From the NCBI GenBank assembly GCA_045578445.1, contig JAZNKG010000040.1, forward strand, positions 3,922 to 67,921: 64,000 nucleotides of DNA, in the 5' to 3' direction. How positions within the stretch are numbered: position 1 is the stretch's first letter; each line of letters opens with the position of its first letter. Position numbers and translations under genes: made by a program. This document shows positions 39,842-50,289 of this stretch, piece by piece. The DNA comes from Alphaproteobacteria bacterium. Its GTDB lineage: Bacteria; Pseudomonadota; Alphaproteobacteria; RF32; CAG-239. The notes under the pieces were generated by a model that worked only from the letters and a program-made list of their open reading frames with translations, did not search any database and was not told where the DNA came from.

Positions 39842-41708
39842 AGAGCTCTGGGATTGATGCTTTTGTTCGCTTTTCTTCTGGAACAGGGGCATCTTTTGTT
39901 TTATCTATCATTTTACCAGATAAAACCTCTTTAATTTCATCACCAGTAAGTGTTTCATATTCAATGAGAGCTTCGGCTAAAATTTCCCAGTCTTTTTTAT
40001 GTTTTTGAAGAATTTTTTTAGCTTCTTCATATCCGTCAGTTACTAGACGTTTAATTTCTGTATCTACCAAACGAGCGGTTTCTTCACTCATATTTTGGTT
40101 TTGCGTTACAGAACGACCTAAGAAAACCTCATTAGAATTTTCTGAATAACGAATCGGGCCTAATAAATCGCTCATACCCCATTCCGTAACCATTGCACGA
40201 GCTAGATTTGTGGCAGCATTAATATCAGATGAAGCACCTGATGTTACGGCATCATATCCAAATTTTAGCTCTTCTGCAACTCGTCCGCCCATCATGATTG
40301 TTAGGCGAGAAAGCATTTGTGCTCGAGAGTAAGAATATTTATCTTTTTCGGGCAATTGTTGAACCATACCTAATGCTCTACCTCTAGGGATAATAGTTGC
40401 TTTATGGATTGGGTCGGTATCTTTAACGTTTAATGAACAGATAGCATGTCCTGCTTCGTGATATGCAGTTAAACGTTTTTCTTTTTCATCCATAGCCATA
40501 GATTTGCGTTCGTTACCCATAAGAACTTTATCTTTTGCTGCATCAAAATCAGTTGAACTGACTTTTAGTTTGTTTTTGCGAGCAGCAAGAAGGGCTGCTT
40601 CGTTAACAAGGTTAGCTAAGTCTGCACCAGAAAAGCCAGGAGTACCACGAGCTACAACATTTAAGTTAACATCTCTACTTAATGGAACTTTACGAGTATG
40701 AACTTTTAAGATTTCTTCTCTACCTTTTACATCAGGATTGGTAACAGTTACTTGTCTATCAAATCTTCCTGGACGCAAAAGAGCAGGGTCTAATACATCT
40801 GGGCGGTTGGTTGCAGCAATTAATATAATGTTTTCATGAGCATCGAAACCATCCATTTCTACTAATAATTGGTTTAGGGTTTGCTCACGCTCATCATTAC
40901 CACCACCAAGTCCTGCGCCACGATGACGACCAACAGCGTCAATTTCATCAATAAACAACAAGCATGGTGCATTCTTTTTAGCTTGAGCGAACATATCTCT
41001 TACACGAGATGCACCAACACCAACAAACATTTCAACAAAGTCTGAACCTGAAATTGAGAAAAATGGAACATTAGCTTCTCCTGCTACTGCTTTTGCTAAT
41101 AATGTTTTACCAGTTCCTGGAGGGCCAACAAGTAAAACACCCTTTGGAATTTTTCCACCTAAACGTTGAAATTTTGCAGGGTCTTTTAAGAAATCAATTA
41201 TTTCTTCTAATTCTTGTTTGCTTTCATCTGCGCCAGCAACGTCTTTGAATGTTACTTTTTTAGTATTTTCGATTAATTTAGCGCGAGATTTGCCAAAACT
41301 CATAGCTTTGTTGTTACCAGAGTTAGCTTGACGCATAAAGAATATCCATACACCAATTAATAATAACATTGGGAACCAAGAAATTACAATGCCCCAAAAA
41401 GTATTTTCTGTGGTATCAATTGGTTTGGCTTCTATTTTTATATCTAGCTTTCTTAAAGTTTCTACCATGCTTGGGTCAAACGGAGCATAGGTTTGAAATT
41501 TCGTATTGCTATTTTTATAAGTACCGATAATATCGTTGCCAACAATGGTAACAGAATCTACACGATTATTTTCAGCATTATTCATAAATTCAGAAAAGGC
41601 GATTTTTTCTGTTGGGCCATTTTTTAAATCTGGAGAAATGCTATTTAATAATGTAGTTAGAAAAAGAAAGGCTATAAGCCATATAAGTATGTTTTTTCCT
41701 GCTTTCAT
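39840..41708 (-). CDS. ftsH: ATP-dependent zinc metalloprotease FtsH
   Basis: Two TM segments, [26 protein letters not shown]. Confidence 0.98.
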   Translation of the reverse strand: MKAGKNILIWLIAFLFLTTLLNSISPDLKNGPTEKIAFSEFMNNAENNRVDSVTIVGNDIIGTYKNSNTKFQTYAPFDPSMVETLRKLDIKIEAKPIDTTENTFWGIVISWFPMLLLIGVWIFFMRQANSGNNKAMSFGKSRAKLIENTKKVTFKDVAGADESKQELEEIIDFLKDPAKFQRLGGKIPKGVLLVGPPGTGKTLLAKAVAGEANVPFFSISGSDFVEMFVGVGASRVRDMFAQAKKNAPCLLFIDEIDAVGRHRGAGLGGGNDEREQTLNQLLVEMDGFDAHENIILIAATNRPDVLDPALLRPGRFDRQVTVTNPDVKGREEILKVHTRKVPLSRDVNLNVVARGTPGFSGADLANLVNEAALLAARKNKLKVSSTDFDAAKDKVLMGNERKSMAMDEKEKRLTAYHEAGHAICSLNVKDTDPIHKATIIPRGRALGMVQQLPEKDKYSYSRAQMLSRLTIMMGGRVAEELKFGYDAVTSGASSDINAATNLARAMVTEWGMSDLLGPIRYSENSNEVFLGRSVTQNQNMSEETARLVDTEIKRLVTDGYEEAKKILQKHKKDWEILAEALIEYETLTGDEIKEVLSGKMIDKTKDAPVPEEKRTKASIPEL

Positions 41709-41831
41709 CTTTTTACTTTTCCTAATAAAAGTTGTTATTTAAGTATAAAAAAATATTCTTATAAATATATAGAGTGAAGAGAGCTAAAACTCAATAGCTA
41801 TTTTTGATTTTTAAGCATGTTTTATGAAATA

Positions 41832-42764
41832 TTAGCTGTGTCTTAGCTTGAATACGCCGTCTTCATAGCCTTGAATTGTCTTATCAGCATCTGCCATTTC
41901 TAGACGTTTTTCTGCAATAGCGACATATTCTTTTTCGCGTTCTATACCAACAAAGTGACGATTTAATTTTTTTGCGGTTACAGAGGTTGTGCCTGAACCT
42001 AAAAATGGGTCAAAAACAACATCGCCTTCGTTACTAGAAGCAAGAATTAGTTTTGCAATTAATTTTTCTGGTTTTTGGGTTGGGTGTGGAGTGTTTTCTG
42101 CCATTGACCAGAAAGGAATAGATATATCTGTCCATAAATTAGATGGAGCTGTTAGGCGAAATTTTTTTCCGTCTTCGGTGTCATCTTCTTGCCAGTCTTT
42201 AGGTATACCATTATCGTCTTTGTATGGGGCTAATACTGGTCTTTTGAGTTTTACTGCATCTAGGTTAAATGTATATTCGGGGGATTTGGTAAAAAACCAA
42301 ATATCTTCGATACAGTTTTTCCAGTTGTTGCCAGCGCTTCTGCCTTTTTCTCTTTCCCAAGTGATACGGTTTTTTAATAAAAAGTATTTACCGGCAATTT
42401 CTGGGATGGCAATAGATGTGTTCCAGTCAGAACAAATGTATAAACTACCATTAGGTTTTAGCGAAATAAATACTTCGGCTAGCCATTTATCCATCCAACG
42501 TTTATAATCGTTCCAATCCATAGATTTAAATTCTTTAGTGCCGAATTTTTTGGTAAGATTATATGGAGGATCAACAACTACTAAGTCTGCAAAGTTAGCA
42601 GGTAAAAACTTTAATGCATCAAAAGTATCTTGATGAATAGTTTTATCTAGAATATCTTTTATGCCAGTTTTTTTTGACAAGGTTATGGCACGAGAAGAGT
42701 ATTCGGAAATTTCCGCCTCTGAAAGCATGATAGTTTTATTGCGAGGGGCGGGTGTCTTACTCAT
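41832..42764 (-). CDS. Orphan beta-class N6A/N4C DNA methyltransferase
   Basis: DPPY precedes HPTQKP and DPFLGSGTT (beta motif order); no endonuclease adjacent. Confidence 0.9.
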   Translation of the reverse strand: MSKTPAPRNKTIMLSEAEISEYSSRAITLSKKTGIKDILDKTIHQDTFDALKFLPANFADLVVVDPPYNLTKKFGTKEFKSMDWNDYKRWMDKWLAEVFISLKPNGSLYICSDWNTSIAIPEIAGKYFLLKNRITWEREKGRSAGNNWKNCIEDIWFFTKSPEYTFNLDAVKLKRPVLAPYKDDNGIPKDWQEDDTEDGKKFRLTAPSNLWTDISIPFWSMAENTPHPTQKPEKLIAKLILASSNEGDVVFDPFLGSGTTSVTAKKLNRHFVGIEREKEYVAIAEKRLEMADADKTIQGYEDGVFKLRHS

Positions 42765-43039
42765 TGTTCTTCGCCAAATTTGTTGTTAATTAACTCAGAT
42801 AATAAATCAATAGCTTTTTTAGCATCTGCGCCAGATGCAGATACTTTTATGCTTGTACCTTTAGAAGCTGCTAACATCATTAATCCCATAATTGAATTAC
42901 CGTCAACAGTTTGACCGAGACGTTCTACTTCTATATTTGCATTTAAGCCATCGATTGTTTTTACAAAATTCGCTGCAGCTCTTGCATGAAGACCACGTTC
43001 GTTTATTATGTTTAATTCTTTGGTGATTGTATCTGTCAT
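42761..43039 (-). CDS. ptsH: HPr-family phosphocarrier (NPr/HPr)
   Basis: N.RGLHARAAA and SIMGLMML.A..G motifs. Confidence 0.92.
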   Translation of the reverse strand: MTDTITKELNIINERGLHARAAANFVKTIDGLNANIEVERLGQTVDGNSIMGLMMLAASKGTSIKVSASGADAKKAIDLLSELINNKFGEEQ

Positions 43040-43040
43040 G

Positions 43041-43439
43041 TTATTTTCCTAATAATTCTGAAGCGATTGTAATATATTTTATACCAGCATCTTTAGCGCC
43101 AGTAACGGAATCTTTTAAGTTCTTTTCTTTGCGTAAATTGCTTAATTTAACAAGCATTGGTAAATTAATTCCAGCAATTACTTCAATGTTAGCTTTATCC
43201 ATAATTGATATTGCTAAGTTAGATGGTGTGCCACCAAACATATCAGTTAATACAACAACGCCATCTCCAGTATCAACTTTATTTACTTTGTTTAAGATGT
43301 CTTCACGACGATTATTCATATCATCATTAGGGCCAATGCAAGCGGTTTCAACCTGTTCTTGGTGTCCTACAACGTGTTGCATGGCGCTAACAAATTCATC
43401 AGCTAAATTGCCATGTGTAACAATAACAATACCTATCAT
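43041..43439 (-). CDS. PTS EIIA-Man family component (ManX-like)
   Basis: MIGIVIVTHG.LA, TDMFGGTPSN, GINLPML. Confidence 0.92.
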   Translation of the reverse strand: MIGIVIVTHGNLADEFVSAMQHVVGHQEQVETACIGPNDDMNNRREDILNKVNKVDTGDGVVVLTDMFGGTPSNLAISIMDKANIEVIAGINLPMLVKLSNLRKEKNLKDSVTGAKDAGIKYITIASELLGK

Positions 43440-43856
43440 TTATTTGTCTCCACTTTTCCATACTTTTACAGCACCGAAAACAGCAAGAATTTCAGCTCTA
43501 CTTTTAATGCGTTCAAGCTCATCAGCTCTAGTTTGACGTCCTTTGAATGTAAATTCTTCAACTGTTTCTACTGGAACACCATAGGTTCTATCTACAGTTT
43601 CACCATCTAATTCTACAATCATTACAAATTCTTGTTCAGCAAGTACTGCTCCAGTTTCGGCATTAATGCCTTCAAGTTTTACAGCAATTTTGCCATCTCT
43701 TTTTAATAATGCGGTATTTTTTCCGTCATATTCTAGGCGAGGGTTAGCTGGTTCACCGGTTCTTGTGTCAATAAAAATAGCTAATTCGCCAAATTTATTT
43801 TCGATAATTTCAAAGAAATCTTGCTTTTCAATTAATGTGTAGTATTGATTTTCCAT
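43440..43856 (-). CDS. Hypothetical protein co-transcribed with the PTS genes
   Basis: 138 codons; stop codon abuts the EIIA start codon. Confidence 0.7.
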   Translation of the reverse strand: MENQYYTLIEKQDFFEIIENKFGELAIFIDTRTGEPANPRLEYDGKNTALLKRDGKIAVKLEGINAETGAVLAEQEFVMIVELDGETVDRTYGVPVETVEEFTFKGRQTRADELERIKSRAEILAVFGAVKVWKSGDK

Positions 43857-43932
43857 AATATCTGCCTTCTTTTAGAAAATTCCCATCTTTTATAAGGTAG
43901 CATAAATTTTTAAAAGTGTCAATTATGTTCTT

Positions 43933-44619
43933 CTAATCTTTTTCGTTTTCAGCGTTTTCGTCTGCTTCAAAGTCTTTAAAGCGATTTAAACCTTGGGCAA
44001 TTTCCATAAGACTTTTTTTCTTTGTTATTTTTTTTCTGCCGGATTTTTCTAAAACAAGTTTGGCTAATTTTGCTGGATCTTTCTCATTTTCAATAGAATC
44101 GGTTTCTTCTTCTATATCTAAAGGTGTGGCTAATTTTTCTTTAATTGTTTTTTTTCTAACTTCTTTAAATGTAAGTTCAGGTTTATCAGCAGTTTTAAGG
44201 TCTTTTGGGGTAATTTCTGCATTAAGGTTAGCTTTTTGAGCAGCAAGCGCAGAGTTCATTATAATATTTAATTTTGAGGTTAGTTCTTGCTGTTTGCTAA
44301 TTTTTAGTACTTCAATTTCTTTCTTTTGAAATTTTTCTTGATTTTGGATTATATTTTCTTGGTCTTGAATCAAGTTTATTTGATATAAAGGGTTATTTAT
44401 CAAATCATCTTGATCTTCATAATCATCTTCTTCATAAATTTCTTTAATTTTTTTCCTTAAACGCAATAAAGGTTTGCCTGTTGCACGAGGTGGACGTGAT
44501 TTTTTAGGCTTATCGTCTTTGTCTTTACTACGAGAGAGAAATCTATCTGAATCGCTTGAAGATTTCTTGTTCCAGTCTATAATTTTGCGTTTGTTTGGTG
44601 CTTGTTTTTCTGTCATCAT
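43933..44619 (-). CDS. Hypothetical highly charged protein
   Basis: 228 codons, K/E/D-rich; AAGGG RBS. Confidence 0.6.
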   Translation of the reverse strand: MMTEKQAPNKRKIIDWNKKSSSDSDRFLSRSKDKDDKPKKSRPPRATGKPLLRLRKKIKEIYEEDDYEDQDDLINNPLYQINLIQDQENIIQNQEKFQKKEIEVLKISKQQELTSKLNIIMNSALAAQKANLNAEITPKDLKTADKPELTFKEVRKKTIKEKLATPLDIEEETDSIENEKDPAKLAKLVLEKSGRKKITKKKSLMEIAQGLNRFKDFEADENAENEKD

Positions 44620-44672
44620 TTAACCCTTTGTTTTTATTATTATGATAAATATTTTTTTATTAGGCAAGTATT

Positions 44673-46295
44673 TTATTCTTTATGATATGTAATCATTAAT
44701 GATGTGTCTGCCAATATTAGTGGTGTCACTTTAAGTTTTTGTTTGTTTTTCAACTTTAATGTAAAAGGAGTACAAGAGGTTATATGCTTTAACATATCTT
44801 CTCTAAAGTCATTCCAATTATCAAATTCTGGCAAAAGATTTTTTTGCATATCAAGTATATCTCTTAGATATGGTTGATTGTCTAGAGTGCTTGTTTTTAT
44901 TTGCCATTGATTTAAAAATGCTACGTTATAGGTTTTTAATTTCATATTTGGGGCAAAAATTATAACGGAATCGGAAACATTGTTTAAGATACTTTGTTGT
45001 ATTGATGCTAAATCGTTTAGTCTGCGAGTGGTTGCTAAGCGCTCAGTTATATCTTCATAAACAATGATTGTTCCATCTGGGTGTGGTGCTCTAATTCGAC
45101 GAAATGTTCTTCCATCTGGAATGTATAATAAATCTTCTTTTTGTTCGGTAATGGCGTCAAATGCTTTGTTTTCTTCTTCTTTATAGGCTTTAAAATCTGA
45201 AACTTCTGGTAGAGATTTTTGTTCTCTAATCTTATCTAAGAATAGGTTGTAATGAGGCGCGTTTTCTATAAAGTTTTCATCTAAATTCCACATTTTTAAG
45301 AAGGCGGTATTACCAAAAGTAAAATTATGCTTGGTATTAATGATACAAAATGCTGTATCTAATGAGCTTAAAATATCTAAGTGCGAATCGAGGTGCACTT
45401 GATAATTTCTCTTTGCTTCATCAAAGCTAGTTATATCAATTAATGAGCCGATAGTATGAGATGTTTTTAGTGTTGAATCGTAATATGGTGTTTCTGTTAT
45501 TTCATATTTTTTAAGTTCACCATTGTGCAAGATGTTAATTTGTTTTTTTTGCTGATTATTAGACTGTTTGGCATTTTTTGCTAGCTCTAAAAGGTTGGTT
45601 GTATTGCCTAAGTCATGTAATACGATATTGTCTTTATTGATTTCTTTAAATTCTTTTAAGCCTAATAGTTCTAGGTATTTACGGTTTAATATAGAGATAT
45701 CTAAATTATTATCTCTGAGCCATATTGGGCATGGGAGATTGTCTATTAATATTCTAAAATCTTCTAATTGCTGACGGCATAATGCTGCTTCATTGGTTAC
45801 ATTATTTATATATGTGGTAACGGTAGTAATATCTTGAAACCACAAGCAGTCACTAGAAACTTCCGAATCGGAAGAATTTATACGAACACCGTTTATCGTA
45901 AAGATTTTATCATTTTTTGTTTTTGCAATTAATTCAAAGCTTAATCCTGTATTTTTAAGACGGTTAAATGAGGCTGATATTTGCTCTGAGTCTTCTTTGT
46001 TAAATACGGATATTATCTCGCTAAGAGTACTATTTTCTCCATTTTTTAGATTGAGCATAGTTGCAAGACGACGAGAACAATATTGAAATTCTTTGTTTTT
46101 ATAACTGGAAATAGTTAAATAGCCGTCTTTTGAAGCATATAGCATTTCTTCATAATAACGGTTAGCAAGGTTTTGCTTGGCAAGATTATTTTTTAAGACG
46201 CGATTTTTATGTATTATCCAAATAGCAATAGCTGGAAATACAAGACTTATAGATAGCCAAATATATAAAAAAACTGTAACGGTCTCAATGCTCAT
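44673..46295 (-). CDS. Membrane-anchored multi-PAS protein (DivL-like sensor region, no kinase domain)
   Basis: TM, then PAS repeats (LP.PIW.RD..L, LDTA......F.N.AF..MW, PDGRT.R...PHP.G....EDITE); no HisKA/HATPase motifs. Confidence 0.7.
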   Translation of the reverse strand: MSIETVTVFLYIWLSISLVFPAIAIWIIHKNRVLKNNLAKQNLANRYYEEMLYASKDGYLTISSYKNKEFQYCSRRLATMLNLKNGENSTLSEIISVFNKEDSEQISASFNRLKNTGLSFELIAKTKNDKIFTINGVRINSSDSEVSSDCLWFQDITTVTTYINNVTNEAALCRQQLEDFRILIDNLPCPIWLRDNNLDISILNRKYLELLGLKEFKEINKDNIVLHDLGNTTNLLELAKNAKQSNNQQKKQINILHNGELKKYEITETPYYDSTLKTSHTIGSLIDITSFDEAKRNYQVHLDSHLDILSSLDTAFCIINTKHNFTFGNTAFLKMWNLDENFIENAPHYNLFLDKIREQKSLPEVSDFKAYKEEENKAFDAITEQKEDLLYIPDGRTFRRIRAPHPDGTIIVYEDITERLATTRRLNDLASIQQSILNNVSDSVIIFAPNMKLKTYNVAFLNQWQIKTSTLDNQPYLRDILDMQKNLLPEFDNWNDFREDMLKHITSCTPFTLKLKNKQKLKVTPLILADTSLMITYHKE

Positions 46296-46413
46296 CGTAA
46301 AACTTTCAAAAAACAAAAAATAAAGGGTTGTTTGTTTATTTATTTTATTATATAGCATTTTGTAAGGCATTTGTCTGTTTATAGCAAACTAAAAATTGAA
46401 AGAGTGAACAAGC

Positions 46414-47070
46414 ATGTATACTTTAGTTTTTGATACAACTGGTAATGGCGTGGTAGCCGCTATATATAAAGATAGAGAAATAAAGCAAAAAATTGAAAAG
46501 AGTATGGAGTTTGGACAAGCTGAAGAGTTGGCCGTTGGTGTTGATAAAATGCTAAAAGATGAAGGAATTGAGTTTAATGATATTGCTCTTTTAGGTGTGT
46601 GTACAGGTCCTGGTTCTTTTACAGGTGTTAGAGCTAGTTTAGCTTTTGCTCGCGGTTTTGCTATTGGAAAACCAGATTTGTTAATTACGGGTGTTTCTGG
46701 TTTTGAAGTTTATGCTCGTATGCTAAAAGAAGAAAATAGAGCATTATATAATGCGGTGGTAATTGAAACAAAGAGGGATGATTTTTATTTTCAGTTGTTT
46801 GATGAAAAGCTAAATAAGTTAACTCAACCATTAGCATTAACAAGAGAAGAAATTGCACAAAAGCTAAAGAATCATCAAGTTAGCTTTATTGGCGATGGAG
46901 TGGAGAGACTGTTATCTCAATCATTGGGATTACAGATAAAGTATGTGGAAATTGTGGAAATGATGGACGTTAAGTCACTTTTTGAGGCGGTTTTTGCAAA
47001 ATATTTTAATAAAACCCTTGATTTTCCTAAACCACTGTATATAAGAGAAGCACAGACTTGTGTAAAATGA
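46414..47070 (+). CDS. tsaB: tRNA threonylcarbamoyladenosine biosynthesis protein TsaB
   Basis: L.FDT, GQAE.L, GPGSFTGVR, P.PLYIR. Confidence 0.93.
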   Translation: MYTLVFDTTGNGVVAAIYKDREIKQKIEKSMEFGQAEELAVGVDKMLKDEGIEFNDIALLGVCTGPGSFTGVRASLAFARGFAIGKPDLLITGVSGFEVYARMLKEENRALYNAVVIETKRDDFYFQLFDEKLNKLTQPLALTREEIAQKLKNHQVSFIGDGVERLLSQSLGLQIKYVEIVEMMDVKSLFEAVFAKYFNKTLDFPKPLYIREAQTCVK

Positions 47071-47152
47071 GAAAAAAATTATAGCTATGTTATAAATTTG
47101 ATGTTACACAAATTTGTGAATATTAGTTTTATTTTCGTGAAAGAGGTATATT

Positions 47153-47434
47153 GTGACTAGATCTGAATTAATTGAAAATATTGCAAAAAAGAATCCTAAT
47201 CTTTTGATTAGTGAAATTGAAAAAATTGTTACAGTTATTTTGACAAGCATGACAAATGCTTTAGCAAAAGGTGATCGTGTTGAGTTCCGTGGTTTTGGCG
47301 TGTTCTCTATTCATAAGCGTTCTCCTAGAGTTGCTCAAAATCCTAGAACAGGCGATAAAGTAAAAATTGGTAATCGCAATATTGTTCACTTTAAAGTAGG
47401 CAAGGAATTGCACGAGAAATTAAACGAGAATTAA
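47153..47434 (+). CDS. ihfB: Integration host factor beta subunit
   Basis: MTRSELI, GDRVE.RGFG.FS, NPRTG, FK.GKEL; followed by a LapA-family gene as is usual. Confidence 0.88.
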   Translation: MTRSELIENIAKKNPNLLISEIEKIVTVILTSMTNALAKGDRVEFRGFGVFSIHKRSPRVAQNPRTGDKVKIGNRNIVHFKVGKELHEKLNEN

Positions 47435-47455
47435 TGTAATTTTAAGGAGACGGAT

Positions 47456-47845
47456 ATGTGGCTTTTGAAAGTTTTGGTTTCGCTTCCATTGTTAGTTTTT
47501 TTGGTTTTATTTTTAATCCAAAATAATGAATTAGTGGATTTATGGCCTATTCCGGATTTAAAAATTGCAGTTGGTGCAGTTTACTTTGTGTTGTTGTGCA
47601 TCGGATATTTGTTTGGACGTTTTGACGCTTGGAGAGCTTATTCTCCAATGCGTGCAAAACTTAAAAAGCAAAAGAAAGAAAATAAAGTTTTGTTTAAAGA
47701 ACATGAAAAACTTAATCAACAACATGAAAAATTGAATCAACAGTTTACTTCGTTGCAAGAAGCTGAAAGAAAAGATAGAACAAATGGTTTCTCACTAAAT
47801 AAAAAAATAAAAGGTTGGTTTTCTAAGCCATCTATTGAAGAGTAA
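47456..47845 (+). CDS. LapA (DUF1049)-family membrane protein
   Basis: LFLIQN...V.LWP, second TM, coiled coil; ihfB context. Confidence 0.65.
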   Translation: MWLLKVLVSLPLLVFLVLFLIQNNELVDLWPIPDLKIAVGAVYFVLLCIGYLFGRFDAWRAYSPMRAKLKKQKKENKVLFKEHEKLNQQHEKLNQQFTSLQEAERKDRTNGFSLNKKIKGWFSKPSIEE

Positions 47846-47866
47846 TAAATAAGCGAGGTACTAAAA

Positions 47867-48724
47867 ATGAATTGGCTTACCGATATTGTTAGACCTAAGA
47901 TAAAAAAGACAACTCCTAAAGAAATTGCTGATGATTTGTGGGTAAAATGTCCTGAATGTGGTCAGATGCTTTTTTCTAAGGAGTTGAAACAATCTTTGTA
48001 TGTATGTACAAAGTGTGGTCATCATTTGAGATTATATGTTGATAAGCGATTAAAACAGTTGTTTGATAATGGCATTTATAGAGAAATGACATTACCTAGC
48101 GTAAAAGAAGACCCATTAAAGTTTAAAGATACACAGCGCTATGTTGATAGACTTCGTGTTTATCGCAAAAAAACAGGTAACAACGATGCATTAAAAGTTG
48201 GTACAGGTAAAGTTGCGGGAATCGATACTGTTGTAGCAGCTATGGATTTTTCTTTTATGGGTGGTTCAATGGGTACTGCAGTTGGTGAAGGTATTGTTGC
48301 CGCAGCTCAGTATGCATATGATAACAATTGTCCTTTGATTATTGCTAGTGCTTCTGGTGGAGCTAGAATGCAAGAAGGTATGTTATCTTTAATGCAAATG
48401 GCTCGTACAACTGCTGCTATTAATAGATTAAAAGAAAAGGGATTACCTTATATTTCTATCTTTACAGATCCTACTACTGGTGGTGTTTCTGCTTCTTTTG
48501 CAATGATAGGAGATATTCATATTGCAGAACGAGGGGCGATGATTGGTTTTGCTGGCAAACGAGTTATTGAGCAGACTATTCGTGAAAAATTACCAGAGGG
48601 TTTCCAAACAGCTGAATATCTAAAAGAGCATGGTATGGTTGATATTGTTGTTGAACGTAAAGACCTTAAGGAAACTGTTGATAGAGTTTTAAGCTTGTTG
48701 ATGGCAAATTTTAAAGTTGCTTAA
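47867..48724 (+). CDS. accD: Acetyl-CoA carboxylase carboxyltransferase beta subunit
   Basis: W.KCPEC..C.KC.HH zinc finger, FMGGSMG, SGGARMQEG, PTTGGVSASFA. Confidence 0.97.
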   Translation: MNWLTDIVRPKIKKTTPKEIADDLWVKCPECGQMLFSKELKQSLYVCTKCGHHLRLYVDKRLKQLFDNGIYREMTLPSVKEDPLKFKDTQRYVDRLRVYRKKTGNNDALKVGTGKVAGIDTVVAAMDFSFMGGSMGTAVGEGIVAAAQYAYDNNCPLIIASASGGARMQEGMLSLMQMARTTAAINRLKEKGLPYISIFTDPTTGGVSASFAMIGDIHIAERGAMIGFAGKRVIEQTIREKLPEGFQTAEYLKEHGMVDIVVERKDLKETVDRVLSLLMANFKVA

Positions 48725-48744
48725 TATAAGCTTATTGAGGGGGG

Positions 48745-48770
48745 AACGGAGCTTTATGCTCCGTTTTTTT
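48745..48770 (+). terminator. Intrinsic terminator after accD
   Basis: AACGGAGC-TTTAT-GCTCCGTT followed by a T tract. Confidence 0.8.
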
Positions 48771-48905
48771 ATGCAATTATCACAAATTTATCTTATTGAA
48801 TATATTGAATATTTTAAAATAATTCATATTTTTTGAAAAAAGTACTTGAATAATTAAAATAAATATACATACTAGTAGGTATGATAATAATTTTAGGAGG
48901 CAAAT

Positions 48906-49277
48906 ATGAAAAAACTTATTTATACTTTAATTGTAATGTTATCTTTTAGTAGTGTGGCAAATGCCGAATCGATTGTTGTTATTGATTCTAATGGTCGCGT
49001 AACAAAACAAATTTTTACAACACCAACTACTTATACGACGACAACAACTGCAACATCTTCTCCGACTGTTACAGTTGTACGCGAATCGCCTGTAATAAAT
49101 AATAGCTACTACTATGACAGAGATACTACAATGTCTGCTTGGGCGGCAGGGGTTACAACCGCAGTTATAGGCGGATTGATTTTTGATGGTTTTCATCATC
49201 ATAAACACAAACATCATCGTCCTCGTCCTCATCATGGCGGACGTCCTCATGGTGGCAGACCAGGGCATAGGAGATAG
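48906..49277 (+). CDS. Exported protein with Thr-rich linker and His/Arg/Pro/Gly-rich tail
   Basis: Signal peptide ending in ANA; AGGAGG RBS. Confidence 0.75.
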   Translation: MKKLIYTLIVMLSFSSVANAESIVVIDSNGRVTKQIFTTPTTYTTTTTATSSPTVTVVRESPVINNSYYYDRDTTMSAWAAGVTTAVIGGLIFDGFHHHKHKHHRPRPHHGGRPHGGRPGHRR

Positions 49278-49279
49278 TC

Positions 49280-49645
49280 TTGTTTAGGTTTTTCTATTTA
49301 TATTTAATGTTAGCGGTTATACTGGTTTCTACACCAGTAGCCGCTAATAGCTATGTTGATATGATTACAGCAAAACCTGTCGGGTATGACAGCTATAGTG
49401 AAAGCGAAGATAGAAGTATTATAATCATAAGAGATAATGAGCATGCACAACCTTATAGTAATTCATATGATAATGCAAAATATCATGCTTGGTTAAAATC
49501 TCAGTCTTGCTGTAATAATAACAATTTATATCTTAATTCAGAAATACAGAATGTCTTATACTTTGTCAGCGGAGCTTTTGTGCTACGTTTTCTCTATGAT
49601 GTTTTAGGGCCTCACCATACAAATCATTTGATAGATAAATTGTAA
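49280..49645 (+). CDS. Hypothetical exported or membrane protein
   Basis: TTG start with AGGAG RBS, signal peptide, C-terminal hydrophobic helix. Confidence 0.55.
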   Translation: MFRFFYLYLMLAVILVSTPVAANSYVDMITAKPVGYDSYSESEDRSIIIIRDNEHAQPYSNSYDNAKYHAWLKSQSCCNNNNLYLNSEIQNVLYFVSGAFVLRFLYDVLGPHHTNHLIDKL

Positions 49646-49669
49646 TTTTTGTGTAAATTCATTAGAGCG

Positions 49670-49700
49670 CTTGACTTAATGAGTTTTAATTCCTAAATCT
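49670..49700 (+). promoter_or_regulatory. Possible RpoH (sigma32)-type promoter of grpE
   Basis: CTTG-N18-CCTAAAT resembles the alphaproteobacterial RpoH consensus. Confidence 0.4.
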
Positions 49701-49731
49701 ATCATAGTTAGTTTTTTTAATAGAGGTTGTT

Positions 49732-50289
49732 ATGAACAAAGAAGATAATAAAGTTGAAGATGAAATTGTTGAAGAACAAGAAGTGGTAGAAAATGCTGAT
49801 GAAACAACAGAAGAAGTTGTTGAAGAAGTAACTGCAGAAGATGAAACTTCTAAACTTCAAAATGATTATAATAAGCTAAAAGATGATTATATCCGCCTTT
49901 ATGCAGAAATGGATAATATGAAAAAACGTTCTCAGCTTGAAACAGAAAAGACAATTAAATTTGCTATTTCTTCATTCGCAAAAGAGCTTTTGGGTGTGGC
50001 TGATAATTTAGAACGCGCAATTACTGCTATGGAGAATAATAAAGAATCTTGCGAAGACCTCTTAAAAGGTGTTGAACTTACTCAAAATGAATTAACTAAA
50101 GTTTTTGAAAAATTCGGTATTAAGCGCTTTAATCATATGGGGCAAAAGTTTGACCCTAATTTTGAACGTGTAGTTCAAGAAATTGAAGATAAGAAAAAAG
50201 AACCTGGAACTATTATCGCAGAACTGCAGGCAGGGTATGTGATACATGACAGAATACTTCGTGAAGCTATGGTTATAGTTGCGCGCTAA
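49732..50289 (+). CDS. grpE: Nucleotide exchange factor GrpE
   Basis: R..AE.DN.KKR, FAKELL.VADNLERA, FDPN, Q.GY....R.LR.AMV.VA. Confidence 0.96.
   Translation: MNKEDNKVEDEIVEEQEVVENADETTEEVVEEVTAEDETSKLQNDYNKLKDDYIRLYAEMDNMKKRSQLETEKTIKFAISSFAKELLGVADNLERAITAMENNKESCEDLLKGVELTQNELTKVFEKFGIKRFNHMGQKFDPNFERVVQEIEDKKKEPGTIIAELQAGYVIHDRILREAMVIVAR

Noticed and set aside
41832-42764. CcrM cell-cycle methyltransferase
   Set aside because: Beta-class MTase, but it lacks the CcrM C-terminal domain and has a different N-terminal extension.
49662-49689. CIRCE element upstream of grpE
   Set aside because: TTAGAGCGC-N10-GAGTTTTAA departs from TTAGCACTC-N9-GAGTGCTAA in both spacing and sequence; an RpoH-like promoter fits better.
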